Positions 28,665 through 39,693 of a stretch of DNA of 64,000 nt are shown here, piece after piece (position 1 is the stretch's first letter; every line of letters starts with the position of its first letter). The position numbers were made by a program, and so were the translations under genes. The stretch is from an uncultured Gammaproteobacteria bacterium (GTDB lineage: Bacteria > Patescibacteriota > Patescibacteriia > UBA9934): NCBI GenBank assembly GCA_964452565.1, contig CAYVLY010000001.1:291009-355008 (forward strand). Reading direction: 5' to 3'. Below the pieces are notes generated by a model that was given only the letters and a program-made list of their open reading frames with translations, had not been told where the DNA came from and did not search any database.

Positions 28665-30449
28665 CTAAATATACCCGCCAGCCTGGATTGTCCAATACTC
28701 GCGATACAAGCCGCTCTTTTTAACTAGTTCCTCATGTGTACCTCGCGCTACAATGTTGCCTTTGTCCATTACGATTATCTGATCTGCCTCCATAACAGTT
28801 GAAAGTCGATGTGCGATAACCAAAGAAGTACGCCCTTTCATTGCTTCCTTGAGCGCCCTCTGAAGTGCATGCTCAGTCTTTGAATCAAGCGCACTAGTAG
28901 CCTCATCCAAAACAAGGATCGGTGGATCTTCCAAAAATATCCTTGCAAGCGCAACGCGCTGCTTTTCTCCACCTGATAACTTTACACCACGCTCTCCCAC
29001 GACTGATTTGTAACCACCAGGAAGCTTTTTGATGAAATTATGAGCCTGAGCTCTACGCGCAGCCTTCTCAACCTCCTTAATCGAGGCTGACGGCTTTGCA
29101 AGTCGAATGTTATTGATTATTGAATCATGAAAAAGCAGGTTCTCCTGCATAACAAACCCAACATTTCCACGTAAGCTCTTCAACTTCAAATTCCGAATAT
29201 CATGACCATCGATCGTTATGTTGCCTTTGTTTGGATCGTAATAACGCAAAAGCATTTGAGCCAAAGTCGACTTCCCTGCTCCAGACTCACCCACCAGCGC
29301 GTACATCTGCCCATCTGGAATAGTAAATGCAACCTTCTTAAGTACATTCTGGCCTTTAGTGTAACCAAATGTGACTTTATTAAATCCCACCCGACCTTCA
29401 ACATTCCGAAGTCCAGCAGCGTCTTTTTTCTCACGAATAAGCGGTACCTCATTCCAGTCTTTCAAAGTTCGATCTAATGAAACTAACGACTTCGATATGT
29501 TCGGCAGCGTACTCATAATCATCTGCACTGAACCAAACAGGAAGTTTGCAAACCCCAAGAACATAATCATAGTTCCTAGAGTTGTGTCGCCACTCAATAC
29601 AAACCAGGTACCAAAAGTAAAGATCAACAATCGACCTGTAATATAAATTGCGCCATATCCCGCCTCAGTCGCGGCCCAACGTCTATTCACCTTTCGTTGA
29701 TACTTCCAGCTACTTGCATATAGTTTTTTAAACTGCTTAGCAAGATTAGTCTCCTTTGAAAAACTCTTTACTGTTGCTATATTCGCATATGAATCCCCCA
29801 CAAGCCCAGTGACCCTTTCCCATATCTTATCGACCCCGTGCTGATTTTTAGCTGCTGCTTTCATTTGTATGGCACCAACTATAACTGTCACCGGGATTGG
29901 TACTAGCGCAACAATGGTCAAACGCCAATCAATATATAGACCAACGACAAGAGCTGCGCCAAATCTAGTAATCGCCTCTATGTATGTTTTGCTGAAGTTA
30001 TAAGAAACGTGCCACATGGCATTCCATACATTGTCAAATCTACGTAGCATCTCTCCAGATTTTTCACTCTTAAATTTCTCTACATCAAGATGCAAAACTC
30101 GCACAAAAAGATCTCGCAAGTAGCCCCCTAAAGCCCAATTACCAAAGTACCAGGAGATATACATGTACAGAGCTGTAAATGAGGTTTCAAAAATAACAAG
30201 CCCTCCCCAGATCAACAAGAATGGAATGATAATCCCAAAACCTTCTTCAACCGTTACTGACAAACCGACCATTTCCACAATAGAATCAACAATCGATCCG
30301 TAGATATATGGCTCCGCTACTGCCAAGATCGCCAACAGACTTGCGATAATCAAAAACACTGGCCAGAAATACCATCTAGCTTTCAGTGTTGGCCAAAGCA
30401 TCTTTACGATGTTCTTGAACCGAATTTTCCGCTTTTCCTCCTTAGACAT
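28665..30449 (-). CDS. ABC exporter, fused permease/ATPase (MsbA/MdlB-like)
   Basis: Six TM, GESGAGKST, LSGGEKQR, LVLDEATSALD. Confidence 0.93.
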   Translation of the reverse strand: MSKEEKRKIRFKNIVKMLWPTLKARWYFWPVFLIIASLLAILAVAEPYIYGSIVDSIVEMVGLSVTVEEGFGIIIPFLLIWGGLVIFETSFTALYMYISWYFGNWALGGYLRDLFVRVLHLDVEKFKSEKSGEMLRRFDNVWNAMWHVSYNFSKTYIEAITRFGAALVVGLYIDWRLTIVALVPIPVTVIVGAIQMKAAAKNQHGVDKIWERVTGLVGDSYANIATVKSFSKETNLAKQFKKLYASSWKYQRKVNRRWAATEAGYGAIYITGRLLIFTFGTWFVLSGDTTLGTMIMFLGFANFLFGSVQMIMSTLPNISKSLVSLDRTLKDWNEVPLIREKKDAAGLRNVEGRVGFNKVTFGYTKGQNVLKKVAFTIPDGQMYALVGESGAGKSTLAQMLLRYYDPNKGNITIDGHDIRNLKLKSLRGNVGFVMQENLLFHDSIINNIRLAKPSASIKEVEKAARRAQAHNFIKKLPGGYKSVVGERGVKLSGGEKQRVALARIFLEDPPILVLDEATSALDSKTEHALQRALKEAMKGRTSLVIAHRLSTVMEADQIIVMDKGNIVARGTHEELVKKSGLYREYWTIQAGGYI

Positions 30450-30486
30450 GGTGTGATTATATCATAATGAGATACAATCATTTTGT

Positions 30487-30990
30487 ATGAATATTATTGA
30501 AGAAGCTAAACGAATCTGGAATTGGCTGTTTGCCAAACGCAGTGAGTTAGCGCAGCTCGGATACAAGGATGCATTCATGGCGCACATCGTGATCGAGATT
30601 ATGCAGAAAAACAGAGGTCATGAGTTCAAGTATTGCCCACTGTATAGCCTTGATCCAATCCATCCAGTTGATAATCGTGAGAACGCTTTAAAGGCTACGA
30701 AGCAGCGTGCAGATGATATTCGGCCACACAAATCAAAGCTTCTAAAAATGGGAAGGCTTTCAAAAGAAGTCCTTGCAGAATATCTACCTTCAGCAACCTA
30801 TGCTCGAGTAGTACCGATGAGCGAAGATCGATTTGTAACATTTGAGGGTAACGGACGCGTGGCTGCGCTTAAAATGGTCTTTGCCCCTGAAGATAATATC
30901 GAAATCGAAGTTGATGTGTACTATCCAAAGCGTCCAAGAAGGATCAGACGAAAGATCAAAAAACTCCGTGCGATGCATGGGATGAAGTAA
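30487..30990 (+). CDS. Hypothetical protein, ParB/Srx-like
   Basis: FEGNGRVAALK resembles ParB-N GxxR motif. Confidence 0.5.
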   Translation: MNIIEEAKRIWNWLFAKRSELAQLGYKDAFMAHIVIEIMQKNRGHEFKYCPLYSLDPIHPVDNRENALKATKQRADDIRPHKSKLLKMGRLSKEVLAEYLPSATYARVVPMSEDRFVTFEGNGRVAALKMVFAPEDNIEIEVDVYYPKRPRRIRRKIKKLRAMHGMK

Positions 30991-31092
30991 CAAAAAACCG
31001 GTTAACATCTCCATCTCGAGCGACCGAAGGGAGTCGAGAGATCCCTCGGCTACGCTCGGGATGGAAAGGCTTGACCGGCTTTTTTTAATTTC

Positions 31093-33144
31093 CTAGAAAT
31101 TATCCTCAAGCGAACTTACCGAATCATACACATCATCAACATCATAGTCGCCTGCATCGTCAATATCGCTACCAAACGAATAGTTTGAGAAGAACGCATC
31201 AGAAATATCATCGATCTGTTGATTCCAATCGGATCCATACAGATCTTCAGCAATATCCTCCGAGGCAATCGCGCGCAATACTCCGCCCTGCTCTACAGCA
31301 TAAACCGTGTTAACAGTTTGGAACTTAACCATCTTAACTCCCGGTCGATAGGTCACGTTTGATCCAAGTGGCGCATCAGCCATTACAGTTGAATCTATAA
31401 TCACAATATCATCAAAACTTTCAAACCAGGTGAAATAAACTTTTGAGTTTGGAAATGCATGACGCTCACCACTGCTGTCATAGTAATACACGGCACGGCA
31501 TGGATCATTCACATCTGTTGAATCAATACATTGTGATTTGATTAATACCTCTGTATCCAGATCAGCAATATCAGTTATCACGCCTGATGGGTCATCACTG
31601 TAAGTAGTTTCGTCTGGTTCAGTGGGCTCAGTAGATTCGGACGCGACACCAACAGTAATCGAACTTGTTGATCCAGTTGTCGAATTGCCAACTTCATCCT
31701 CACAGACTACATATGCGGAATATGTTCCATCTGAACCAAATGTGTAGCCACTTGAGAATGTACCATCACCTAAATCAGACATTGCGCTATGCAATGTGCC
31801 ATTCAGATATAGGTAGCAGAGATCAATACTTGTCAATGCATCTGTAGCAGTAACAGTCAATGTAGTTGCTACTCCCTCTGTAGCTGATATTGGACTAACT
31901 GTCGAAACAGTCGGCCCTGTTTGATCAGAAACAACGGTCACCGAAGATGCCTCGCTAGAATTTCCAACAAGATCAACCGCCTTAACGCTCACCTCATGAG
32001 ACCCCTCTGTAACTGATAGTACATAACTTTCACTCGATCCAACATCTACATATCCATCTCCATCTTGGTCAACCTCATAATGATCAATTCCGGTATCATC
32101 TGTTGCCGCATCCCATGTTAGTTGGATTGATGAAGTTGCCGTGGGGGAGTTTGATGACAGATTACTTACCGCAGACGGCCCCTCTTCATCTTGTAAGTAT
32201 AAAAAGCCAACTCCCTCTGAGTTGAATCCGACTATCTTCAAAGGATCACTAGGAGAGATTTCAACGTCATAGATAAAGTACATAAGGCTCTCATCTGGCA
32301 GATCAACACTTGTCCAAGTAGCTCCCTGATCATCAGTCGTATAAACAGCACTTAAACCAACAGCTGCACCAAAATAGATTGAGTAGAAATCAAACGTACT
32401 TAGATTAGCTGACTCCAGACCACTAACATCTGACCAGTTTACTCCACTATTAGTCGTATAAAGGAGTCCATCGTCAGATGCGATGAATCCTCTGGCAGTA
32501 TTTATAAAATATACATCTGAAAAATCATCAGTGCCGCCAGGACTCTCATCAACCCAGGTCGAGCCACCATCGATAGTCATAATAAATGTTCCATTATCTC
32601 CAACAGCGTACCCGTAATTTGAGCTCAAGAAATAAGCACCATTAAGATCCTCTGTAACACCTGAGCCCTGCGGGGTCCATGAATCTCCACCATCACCAGT
32701 TACATATATGACTCCCGATTCTCCAACTATCCATCCATTATCTGAATCGTACATCTCTATTCTTCTAAAATCATAACTGCCAAGAATGGACGCTTTGCTC
32801 CATGAATCTCCAAAGTCATCTGTTTTATAAACTGCACCATTCTCACCAATAACAATCACTGTGTTCTCATCAATTATCTTAATGTCCCAAAGAACATCGG
32901 TTGTTGGAGCATGTTCAGTGGTGCTTTCCCAGCCGTCCTGTGTTAATAGCACATTTGAAAAAGCCATGGCTGGATCATCTACCACGACTGCACCAATATC
33001 ACTACTGTAGTGATCTAAGCCTATAACATAGCCATCTGATGACTCATATAAACCAGCCCAATCTGCTGCATGGGCGCTTGATACACCTACGGCGCAGAAT
33101 AATAGTGCTACAAACAGCACTGAAAAATACTTAAGTAATCTCAT
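31093..33144 (-). CDS. Secreted YCF48/BNR-type beta-propeller + Fn3/Ig-like surface protein with conserved C-terminal domain
   Basis: Signal peptide, repeated TxDGGxSW Asp-boxes, WDAATDD..YEV, C-term RHAFPN.KVYFTWF..NVTYRPG shared with 42459-44873. Confidence 0.8.
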   Translation of the reverse strand: MRLLKYFSVLFVALLFCAVGVSSAHAADWAGLYESSDGYVIGLDHYSSDIGAVVVDDPAMAFSNVLLTQDGWESTTEHAPTTDVLWDIKIIDENTVIVIGENGAVYKTDDFGDSWSKASILGSYDFRRIEMYDSDNGWIVGESGVIYVTGDGGDSWTPQGSGVTEDLNGAYFLSSNYGYAVGDNGTFIMTIDGGSTWVDESPGGTDDFSDVYFINTARGFIASDDGLLYTTNSGVNWSDVSGLESANLSTFDFYSIYFGAAVGLSAVYTTDDQGATWTSVDLPDESLMYFIYDVEISPSDPLKIVGFNSEGVGFLYLQDEEGPSAVSNLSSNSPTATSSIQLTWDAATDDTGIDHYEVDQDGDGYVDVGSSESYVLSVTEGSHEVSVKAVDLVGNSSEASSVTVVSDQTGPTVSTVSPISATEGVATTLTVTATDALTSIDLCYLYLNGTLHSAMSDLGDGTFSSGYTFGSDGTYSAYVVCEDEVGNSTTGSTSSITVGVASESTEPTEPDETTYSDDPSGVITDIADLDTEVLIKSQCIDSTDVNDPCRAVYYYDSSGERHAFPNSKVYFTWFESFDDIVIIDSTVMADAPLGSNVTYRPGVKMVKFQTVNTVYAVEQGGVLRAIASEDIAEDLYGSDWNQQIDDISDAFFSNYSFGSDIDDAGDYDVDDVYDSVSSLEDNF

Positions 33145-33339
33145 AGAAATTTAATTTATTATTATTTTTAGTATAGAACACTTTTTCTTTTAACGAAACA
33201 ATAAATACCCCTAGCTGTTGCTAGCGGTATTTATTGGTTCCCCTGAAGTAGATGCTCTGCATCACTTCAGGAGTAAACCATGAAGTGTGATCTTACCACA
33301 AAGTAAAGATCCCACCATAGTGGTGAGATCTCTACTTCA

Positions 33340-33413
33340 TGGTTCCCGGACAGGGATTCGAACCCCGATTTCCTGGACCAAAACCAGGCGTCCTGCCATT
33401 AGACGATCCGGGA
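33340..33413 (-). tRNA. tRNA-Gln(TTG)
   Basis: tcccggatcgtctaatggcaggacgcctggtTTTGgtccagg...ggttcgaatccctgtccgggaacca; cloverleaf with encoded CCA. Confidence 0.96.
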
Positions 33414-33518
33414 GTGTAGCGAGTGGACTGAAAATCTACTTGTATATTTTTCAGTCCCGAGCGCAACGATACGGATACCAAAGTATCCGGGAGTGATCGC
33501 GCGAGGATAATACCGAAT

Positions 33519-34064
33519 TTATTGGATTTTGTCAATGTATGAACATAGCTTCTGGGCCTCTCTACGGGAGCTTATATGAACAACCTTTGACGAATGTTGC
33601 TCGAGTATTTCCTCCCAGGTCTTTTTGCCTCGCTGATACCCAATACCGTAGCGCTTGTAGATCGAATGTAATACTAATTTGCACAGCTCCGCAAACGTAC
33701 TCTCTCGCTTTTTCAGGTGTCTCCAAACAAGGTGAGTGACCTGACCGATAACAGTTCGATGTTGGAAATGATAAATGACATGAGCCCGGTCAAAACCATA
33801 CTCTGCTAAATATCGCGTCGTGCCTTCAATGATCCAGGCATCACCCGATACAATGTCTTTTATCTTACCAATCGCCGCAGGTCGATTCTCAATCTCAGAA
33901 TACTTCTCTTTCCAAAGGATGTCATCTAAAGAATACATCGGTATCCCAAACTCATCAGATGCATATTGCGCAAATGTGGTCTTCCCTCTCCCAGCATCAC
34001 CAATAATCACAATGCGGCTGGCATTGATGTTCTCGATCGACGATTTCATAAGATCTTCTTGCAT
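33519..34064 (-). CDS. Adenylate kinase-like P-loop protein (FlaR/topology modulation family)
   Basis: IVIIGDAGRGKTT, LDDILW, WIIEG. Confidence 0.75.
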   Translation of the reverse strand: MQEDLMKSSIENINASRIVIIGDAGRGKTTFAQYASDEFGIPMYSLDDILWKEKYSEIENRPAAIGKIKDIVSGDAWIIEGTTRYLAEYGFDRAHVIYHFQHRTVIGQVTHLVWRHLKKRESTFAELCKLVLHSIYKRYGIGYQRGKKTWEEILEQHSSKVVHISSRREAQKLCSYIDKIQ

Positions 34065-34081
34065 GTTATTCTATACGCGTT

Positions 34082-34783
34082 ATGCAGATTATTCAAACTA
34101 TTCAAAAAGAGCTGAAAAAGCACATTGACCTTGAATACAAGAAAGGAGCCAACAACTTTTTCAAAGAGCCTATTGAGCTTTACGGAATTCGTACCCCTGA
34201 AGTGCGGCGTATATCACGAGAGCTTTATCGTGAAGTCGAGGACTTATCGAAAACCGAGTTATTCATGCTCTGCGAGCAACTTATGAAATCCGGAATGCAA
34301 GAAGAATTCCTAATCGGATCAGCCTGGGCATTTCGGCGACGCAAGGAATTAGATAAATCAGATTTCGATATCTTCGAACGCTGGGTTAATAAATACATAT
34401 CAAACTGGGCAACATGTGATGACTTTTGTACCAAGTCGCTTGGGTATTTGATTTACGACTTCCCCGAGCTTGTACCCAAAATCAAAACATGGACAAAATC
34501 TGAAAATCAATGGGTTCGTCGAGCCTGTGCAGTTAGCCTTATTATTCCAGTTCGACGAGAGAAGTATCTTAAGGATATATTCGATGTGGCACTCGATCTG
34601 CTCGAGCACCCTGAGGATATGGTTCAAAAAGGATATGGCTGGATGCTTAAGGAAGCCGCTAACATCTACCTACAAGAAGTCTTTGACTTTGTGATAAGAC
34701 ACAAAACCAAAATGCCACGCACAGCACTACGATACGCTATTGAAAAGATGCCGCCAGCAAAGAAAAAGCAAGCCATGAGCTAA
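34082..34783 (+). CDS. DNA alkylation repair protein (AlkD-like)
   Basis: YGIRTP, NWATCD, WVRR, VQKGYGWMLKE, TALRYAIEK. Confidence 0.9.
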   Translation: MQIIQTIQKELKKHIDLEYKKGANNFFKEPIELYGIRTPEVRRISRELYREVEDLSKTELFMLCEQLMKSGMQEEFLIGSAWAFRRRKELDKSDFDIFERWVNKYISNWATCDDFCTKSLGYLIYDFPELVPKIKTWTKSENQWVRRACAVSLIIPVRREKYLKDIFDVALDLLEHPEDMVQKGYGWMLKEAANIYLQEVFDFVIRHKTKMPRTALRYAIEKMPPAKKKQAMS

Positions 34784-34809
34784 AGAACCAGCACTAAGCT
34801 GGTTCTTTA

Positions 34810-35082
34810 TCACTCCAAAGCTTCATCACTCCACTCACCCAATTCATCCAAAACCCGACTAAAATCCTCAGCGCTCCATCCGGGGTACTTTTTTGCTACT
34901 TCCTCACGTAGCTCACCTCCTGCCATTGCAGCAAAGTCTTCGATTAGCGTCTGATACATTGGTGTATCTCTGTACTGTTCGAAAGCAGCAACAGCACTTT
35001 CCAAGTCCTGTTGACTTGGTCGTGTTTTAGCCTTGTCCTCCCCCCTACCAGCGCTTGATAGCGCCGGACTTTTAGCAGACAT
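34810..35082 (-). CDS. Small acidic hypothetical protein
   Basis: Shares LRE..YPGW(S/T)xE(D/E)F with neighbour. Confidence 0.55.
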   Translation of the reverse strand: MSAKSPALSSAGRGEDKAKTRPSQQDLESAVAAFEQYRDTPMYQTLIEDFAAMAGGELREEVAKKYPGWSAEDFSRVLDELGEWSDEALE

Positions 35083-35122
35083 AAGCCTTTTGTTATGTGA
35101 CCATTAATGTTGGTCTTTGTTT

Positions 35123-35533
35123 CTATTCAAAAATATCATCTAAATACTTCTGTTCCGTAACCTTTCCGCGAATCAACTCTTCTCCATCTTTATACAAAGC
35201 AGCGAATTCTTCATCAGTCCAACCAGGATACATTTCACGTAGGTTGTCAGGATTACCACCCTTGGCCAATTCCCCCAGTTGCAGCATGATATCTCTTGCT
35301 CTTCTATAAGCTGAAAAACTAAAACGCTTAGGATCGTTACCTGTTGCTTCTTTTATATTCAACTCACTTGTGGCGTCATCAAGCCAAAAATCGATATTTT
35401 CTAAGACTTGCTTATGATGCCCTTCTTTGGTGTATTCTTGCTCTTCAGCTTGAAAATCTCTTTCTGGTCCTTTATATCCCTCAAACGCCCCTCCCGGGGG
35501 TCCTTCAGAACCGATCTTAATTTTTGCTCCCAT
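35123..35533 (-). CDS. Small acidic hypothetical protein
   Basis: GGNPDNLREMYPGWTDEEF. Confidence 0.55.
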   Translation of the reverse strand: MGAKIKIGSEGPPGGAFEGYKGPERDFQAEEQEYTKEGHHKQVLENIDFWLDDATSELNIKEATGNDPKRFSFSAYRRARDIMLQLGELAKGGNPDNLREMYPGWTDEEFAALYKDGEELIRGKVTEQKYLDDIFE

Positions 35534-35543
35534 ATTTTTCTTA

Positions 35544-36230
35544 TTAATTATCTTTTTTAGAACTTAAATCTTTAGATAGTTGATCCAGAATCCTTGCTGC
35601 ATAAGATCGGCCGCCAAGTCCAAAAGCCAGACCTCCAGCAAGTGCAATCATTGCAACAAACCCAGTAAATAGAACTTGAATCAATGCTTCCGCAATCCCA
35701 AGTTGCACAAGGGCTGCCATAAAACTGAACACGATAATAGCCCAACGTGCGACCCCTGCTAAAAAGCAGGCGCTATGCATCTTTGCAGCCTCAAGCCCTG
35801 TCTTGATGATCTCTTGAACAAAGTTTGCAAGAATCATTCCAACAAGCAGTATTATCACAGCGATCAACACATTTGGAATATATTCAACAATCGTTGTAAG
35901 GAAAAAAGTGACTTGATCCCACTCAAGGATGTCGGCTGCTGCGATCAATGCGAAAATAATAATAAACCACTTCACAAGCCAGCCAAGAGCCTTTCCAAGA
36001 TCAAGCTTAAGTCCTGCTCGTCTAAACATGTCGTCCAGCTCTAGCTTTTTCATCAGCTCGTCAATGTGCAGAACCTTTGCAAGTCGGATTACGACCTTGT
36101 TCAGAACGCCGGCGATTATCAATCCAAGAATAAAAATGATTACTGCAAAAAGCAGCTTGGGAACAAATAGCACCATTCCTGCCCATAAATCAACAAAGGC
36201 AGAACGTAGTACTTCTATATATTCAGGCAT
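35544..36230 (-). CDS. TM-helix repeat protein (CmpX / mechanosensitive channel-like)
   Basis: FVPKLL..IIF, YIPNVL, ALAGGLAFGLGG. Confidence 0.82.
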   Translation of the reverse strand: MPEYIEVLRSAFVDLWAGMVLFVPKLLFAVIIFILGLIIAGVLNKVVIRLAKVLHIDELMKKLELDDMFRRAGLKLDLGKALGWLVKWFIIIFALIAAADILEWDQVTFFLTTIVEYIPNVLIAVIILLVGMILANFVQEIIKTGLEAAKMHSACFLAGVARWAIIVFSFMAALVQLGIAEALIQVLFTGFVAMIALAGGLAFGLGGRSYAARILDQLSKDLSSKKDN

Positions 36231-36331
36231 AGTAAAAAGGTTATAGAGGTGATCAAAAGTGATCAGAGGTGGTTGTCACCTTTCATCACTTCTAATCACT
36301 TTTAAAACCTTTCACTGCCTTTATTGTACCG

Positions 36332-36763
36332 CTATTCCACCTTTCGTCTCAATGCATCCTTTGTGGACACAGTGATTCGCGGTTTGTGCTCATATTTCGG
36401 CATGAGCACATTTTTTACATCAAAACTGGACAATCCCTGTTCAATCAACTTTTTGGTTGTATCAATATCTTGTTCATCCTTTTCCTTTTCAACACCGACG
36501 AGATCAATAGCCTTTGAATATCCCAGTATATTAATAATTGCAAGCGAACTACGCAATGCAGTTGCAGAACCTGGCCCGATCACTGCGAATATTTTTTCGA
36601 TCTCATCAAGTTCGCTATCAGCTTTATCTAAAAAATCACGGAAGGCTTTCAAATAGCCTTCCGGTCCTGTTTCTTCTATAACAATATCTCTGTCCTCAAT
36701 TCCCTCCTGAAGATTTGCAAAAATGATTTTATGTATGTCTTGGCCGTTTATATAAACGATCAT
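36332..36763 (-). CDS. tsaB: TsaB-like t6A biosynthesis protein (short)
   Basis: IFAVIGPGSATALR motif. Confidence 0.65.
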   Translation of the reverse strand: MIVYINGQDIHKIIFANLQEGIEDRDIVIEETGPEGYLKAFRDFLDKADSELDEIEKIFAVIGPGSATALRSSLAIINILGYSKAIDLVGVEKEKDEQDIDTTKKLIEQGLSSFDVKNVLMPKYEHKPRITVSTKDALRRKVE

Positions 36764-37461
36764 ACTGTTAGTTGAACATTGTTAACAAGTACCACCTTAT
36801 CTGACTGAAGAAGTGACATAAGGAATCGATCTTTCACCTCATAGCGATAGGTGTACTCATCCTTTGGCATAAATGTATAATTGATCTCACGCGCCAACTT
36901 GGTCTCTAGAGCTTCCATGGCCTTTGATAGCTTTTTCTCACTTATGTCACCCACAATCAGCACATCTGATGCAACGTCGTTATTATCAATGAATCGTCCA
37001 GTTAAGAGTAGGAGGTGTAATGCTCCAGCATCTTGAAGCTCTGCAACGAGCGACTGATTCATAAGAATTGCCATCTTCTTCATCATCCCACGAAGCTCGT
37101 CAAAAAATGGACACTCCTTATTTGCTGTGTAATACTTTTTCTTATCTTTTGTTTTCTTTTTTGGAGCATCATTCTCTGTTGCAATAATCTTGCCCTCCAC
37201 CTCTTTTAGCACTTTTAGCTCGATAAGGTTCTGGAGCTCGCGACGAACAGAGTTAAGCTGTGCGTCTACCTTGCGCGTGATCTCACGGACATAAAAAGGT
37301 CTATCTGGATGCTCCAGAAATAGATTTAGAAGGCGAACTCGAGTCTTTGATCCAAACAAACTCTCTGGTGTAAAAAGCTCGATTACATCGCTTTCAACCT
37401 TAGGATCTGTCTTTTTCGAAACTTTCTGAGGCATAAAATATGTATTCAATGTGTATATCAC
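36760..37461 (-). CDS. Winged-helix regulator with nucleotidyltransferase-like C-domain
   Basis: LFGSKTRVRLL..YVREITR..NSVRREL; DVLIVG; start may be ATG 37434. Confidence 0.7.
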   Translation of the reverse strand: MIYTLNTYFMPQKVSKKTDPKVESDVIELFTPESLFGSKTRVRLLNLFLEHPDRPFYVREITRKVDAQLNSVRRELQNLIELKVLKEVEGKIIATENDAPKKKTKDKKKYYTANKECPFFDELRGMMKKMAILMNQSLVAELQDAGALHLLLLTGRFIDNNDVASDVLIVGDISEKKLSKAMEALETKLAREINYTFMPKDEYTYRYEVKDRFLMSLLQSDKVVLVNNVQLTV

Positions 37462-37527
37462 CTCCTTCCACTCTTTATATTCATATAGTAAACTGAATGG
37501 CAGGAGGTGTAAAGGACACCTATTTAT

Positions 37528-39693
37528 ATGCTCTCAATCAAATCTTCTACAGAAATCCTAAATCCTAAATCAGAAAAGGCTCATATTTCGAGCACACTGA
37601 TTCCTCTTCCAGATAAAAAAGGCTCTATCTTTGGCCTTATTCGGTTTTTAGGCAAGACAGACCCAACAAGAGAACTTATTTCAGAGGCCATTCATGAACG
37701 ACTGGTGCGATTTAAAGATACTCTTGAGGGAGATGTGCACATAGCTCGCCGTTTCGAACAACTATTGCAAGCACTCAACGAGGACATTGCACACATTATT
37801 TCTGAACAAAAAAGGCTGCCGCTTTCTGATGCCCACATTGTCATAGGTGTTGTTTTCGAAAATAAGGTTTTCATTAGTGGCCTTGGAAATCTTTCAGCAC
37901 TCTTCATGCATCGCACCGCGCAACAGCGCTATGTGATCTATGAACTATCTGACCAGTTCAAAGACAAGGATGAACAAACCTGGAATAAGGTTTTTGCTAC
38001 TGTGTTGGACGGCGAGCTACACCCTGGCGATATCTTCTATGTTGCGACAAGAGTATCAGCCCGAGAAATAACTCTAGCCGAACTTCAGGACATACTCACA
38101 ACTCTTCCAGCTTCTGGATCACTCAAACGCATACAACAATACCTAAATCGAGACACAGTCTATGGTGGCATCTGTTTTCAAATATCAGATAGACCAGAAC
38201 AAGGGCCTCCGAAAAAGGTCAACCCAATGCATTCAATGGAGCATCTTGATGAAACTCATGACAAGACATCAACACTACTTGGAGACCAAGCCCCAGATGT
38301 AGGTGGCTTTGTATCAAAACTAACAGCACCTCTCATCAAAAAGCTATCAGCGCCTGGAACGCGTGGGTACAAGAGCCTAGCTAAAAGAGTTGCAAAGGTT
38401 ATCCTGCAAATATTGACTATTCTGATTGCTTGGTTCATAAGAATCATTGGCTTTATCCTTAAATATGCAATCATCGGGCTACACAAGCTACCTTCCCTCA
38501 TTCGCAGAGGGAAACATGTTGTGAAAGAGCAGCCTCATCCAAAAGAAAGGATTAATGCTGGAATAGATTGGTTTAATAAACTCCCAGCATTTACAAAATA
38601 TGCAGGTCTAACAATAGCTGTACTGGTGATTATCTTTGTAACAACTATAACCATATCAAATCGACATCAAGCTAAACAGGAACAGGAAGAAACATTCAAT
38701 ACGATTGTCTCTCATATTGAAGAAAAGGTGAGTGCCTCGCAAGCAAGCTTAATATATGACGATGAGGAGCAAGCACGCCTTCACTTGCAAGAAGCAACAG
38801 CGCTTCTTGAAACACTTGATGCAAGTAGTCGGTCACAAGAAAGTACAACAGATGAACTTCGCGAGCGACTACAGGAAGTGCTTTATGGCATACAAAAAAT
38901 AACTCCTGTCGAACTTACAACAATGGCGGTGATTGAGGATACTGACATGGTCAGTTCAACTCAGGTTGGTGATACAATGTATTCGATAGATTCGGAAAAC
39001 AATCTTTATAGACTGAATTCACTTGAATCAAGTTGGCAGTTAATTGAAACTAGTTCGGGAACGATTGGAAGTATTGAACACATAACTTATACAGAAGATG
39101 GGGATATACTTTTTGTTGATTCTGATCAGCAGCTTGGTCGACTCTCTATCGATAGCTCAACCCTAAATCCTATTGTAAGCGGTATCAATGAACTATTAAG
39201 TGTTGAGGATCTTATTGAATACAATGAGAGCATTTATGTACTTTCAGCTTCTGGTGAGCAAATCATCAAGATGCGCGAACGTGGAGATGGGTATGAGGCT
39301 GGAACACCATGGATAAGCTCAACAGACGCAGACACTGATCTAAGCAATGCAAGAGCTATCGCGATTGATGGAAATGTATATATACTGGCAGACAACAATA
39401 TCCTAAGTTTCCTTTCTGGAAGGCAGCAAGGCTTTGAACTTGATTCAATCTCGCCAGTACTAAATGATCCGATCGACATCTGGACTCATCCAGATGGAGA
39501 ATACATATATATTCTTGAACCAGCAGAATCCCGTATTATTGTAGTTGATAAAGAAGGGGCCCTTGTTTCGCAATACACAAACAGCTTAATTGAAACAGCG
39601 CACTCAATGATTGTGCAGGAGGAAAATAACTCGATTATCATAGTATCAGGCAATGCCGCCTATACCTTTGCAGCTGAGCACTTGCTGCAATAA
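37528..39693 (+). CDS. Large membrane protein (degenerate PP2C-like N-domain, TM, beta-propeller-like C-domain)
   Basis: 721 aa, GELHPGD, central TMs, AIAIDGNVYIL / YIYILEP repeats. Confidence 0.65.
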   Translation: MLSIKSSTEILNPKSEKAHISSTLIPLPDKKGSIFGLIRFLGKTDPTRELISEAIHERLVRFKDTLEGDVHIARRFEQLLQALNEDIAHIISEQKRLPLSDAHIVIGVVFENKVFISGLGNLSALFMHRTAQQRYVIYELSDQFKDKDEQTWNKVFATVLDGELHPGDIFYVATRVSAREITLAELQDILTTLPASGSLKRIQQYLNRDTVYGGICFQISDRPEQGPPKKVNPMHSMEHLDETHDKTSTLLGDQAPDVGGFVSKLTAPLIKKLSAPGTRGYKSLAKRVAKVILQILTILIAWFIRIIGFILKYAIIGLHKLPSLIRRGKHVVKEQPHPKERINAGIDWFNKLPAFTKYAGLTIAVLVIIFVTTITISNRHQAKQEQEETFNTIVSHIEEKVSASQASLIYDDEEQARLHLQEATALLETLDASSRSQESTTDELRERLQEVLYGIQKITPVELTTMAVIEDTDMVSSTQVGDTMYSIDSENNLYRLNSLESSWQLIETSSGTIGSIEHITYTEDGDILFVDSDQQLGRLSIDSSTLNPIVSGINELLSVEDLIEYNESIYVLSASGEQIIKMRERGDGYEAGTPWISSTDADTDLSNARAIAIDGNVYILADNNILSFLSGRQQGFELDSISPVLNDPIDIWTHPDGEYIYILEPAESRIIVVDKEGALVSQYTNSLIETAHSMIVQEENNSIIIVSGNAAYTFAAEHLLQ

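Noticed and set aside
31021-31031. cgaccgaaggg matching the array palindrome arm
   Set aside because: Part of a REP internal hairpin; no second arm
33235-33345. Possible att duplication of tRNA-Gln 3' end (tggttccc)
   Set aside because: Only 8 bp, ~100 bp apart, no integrase; at most a scar
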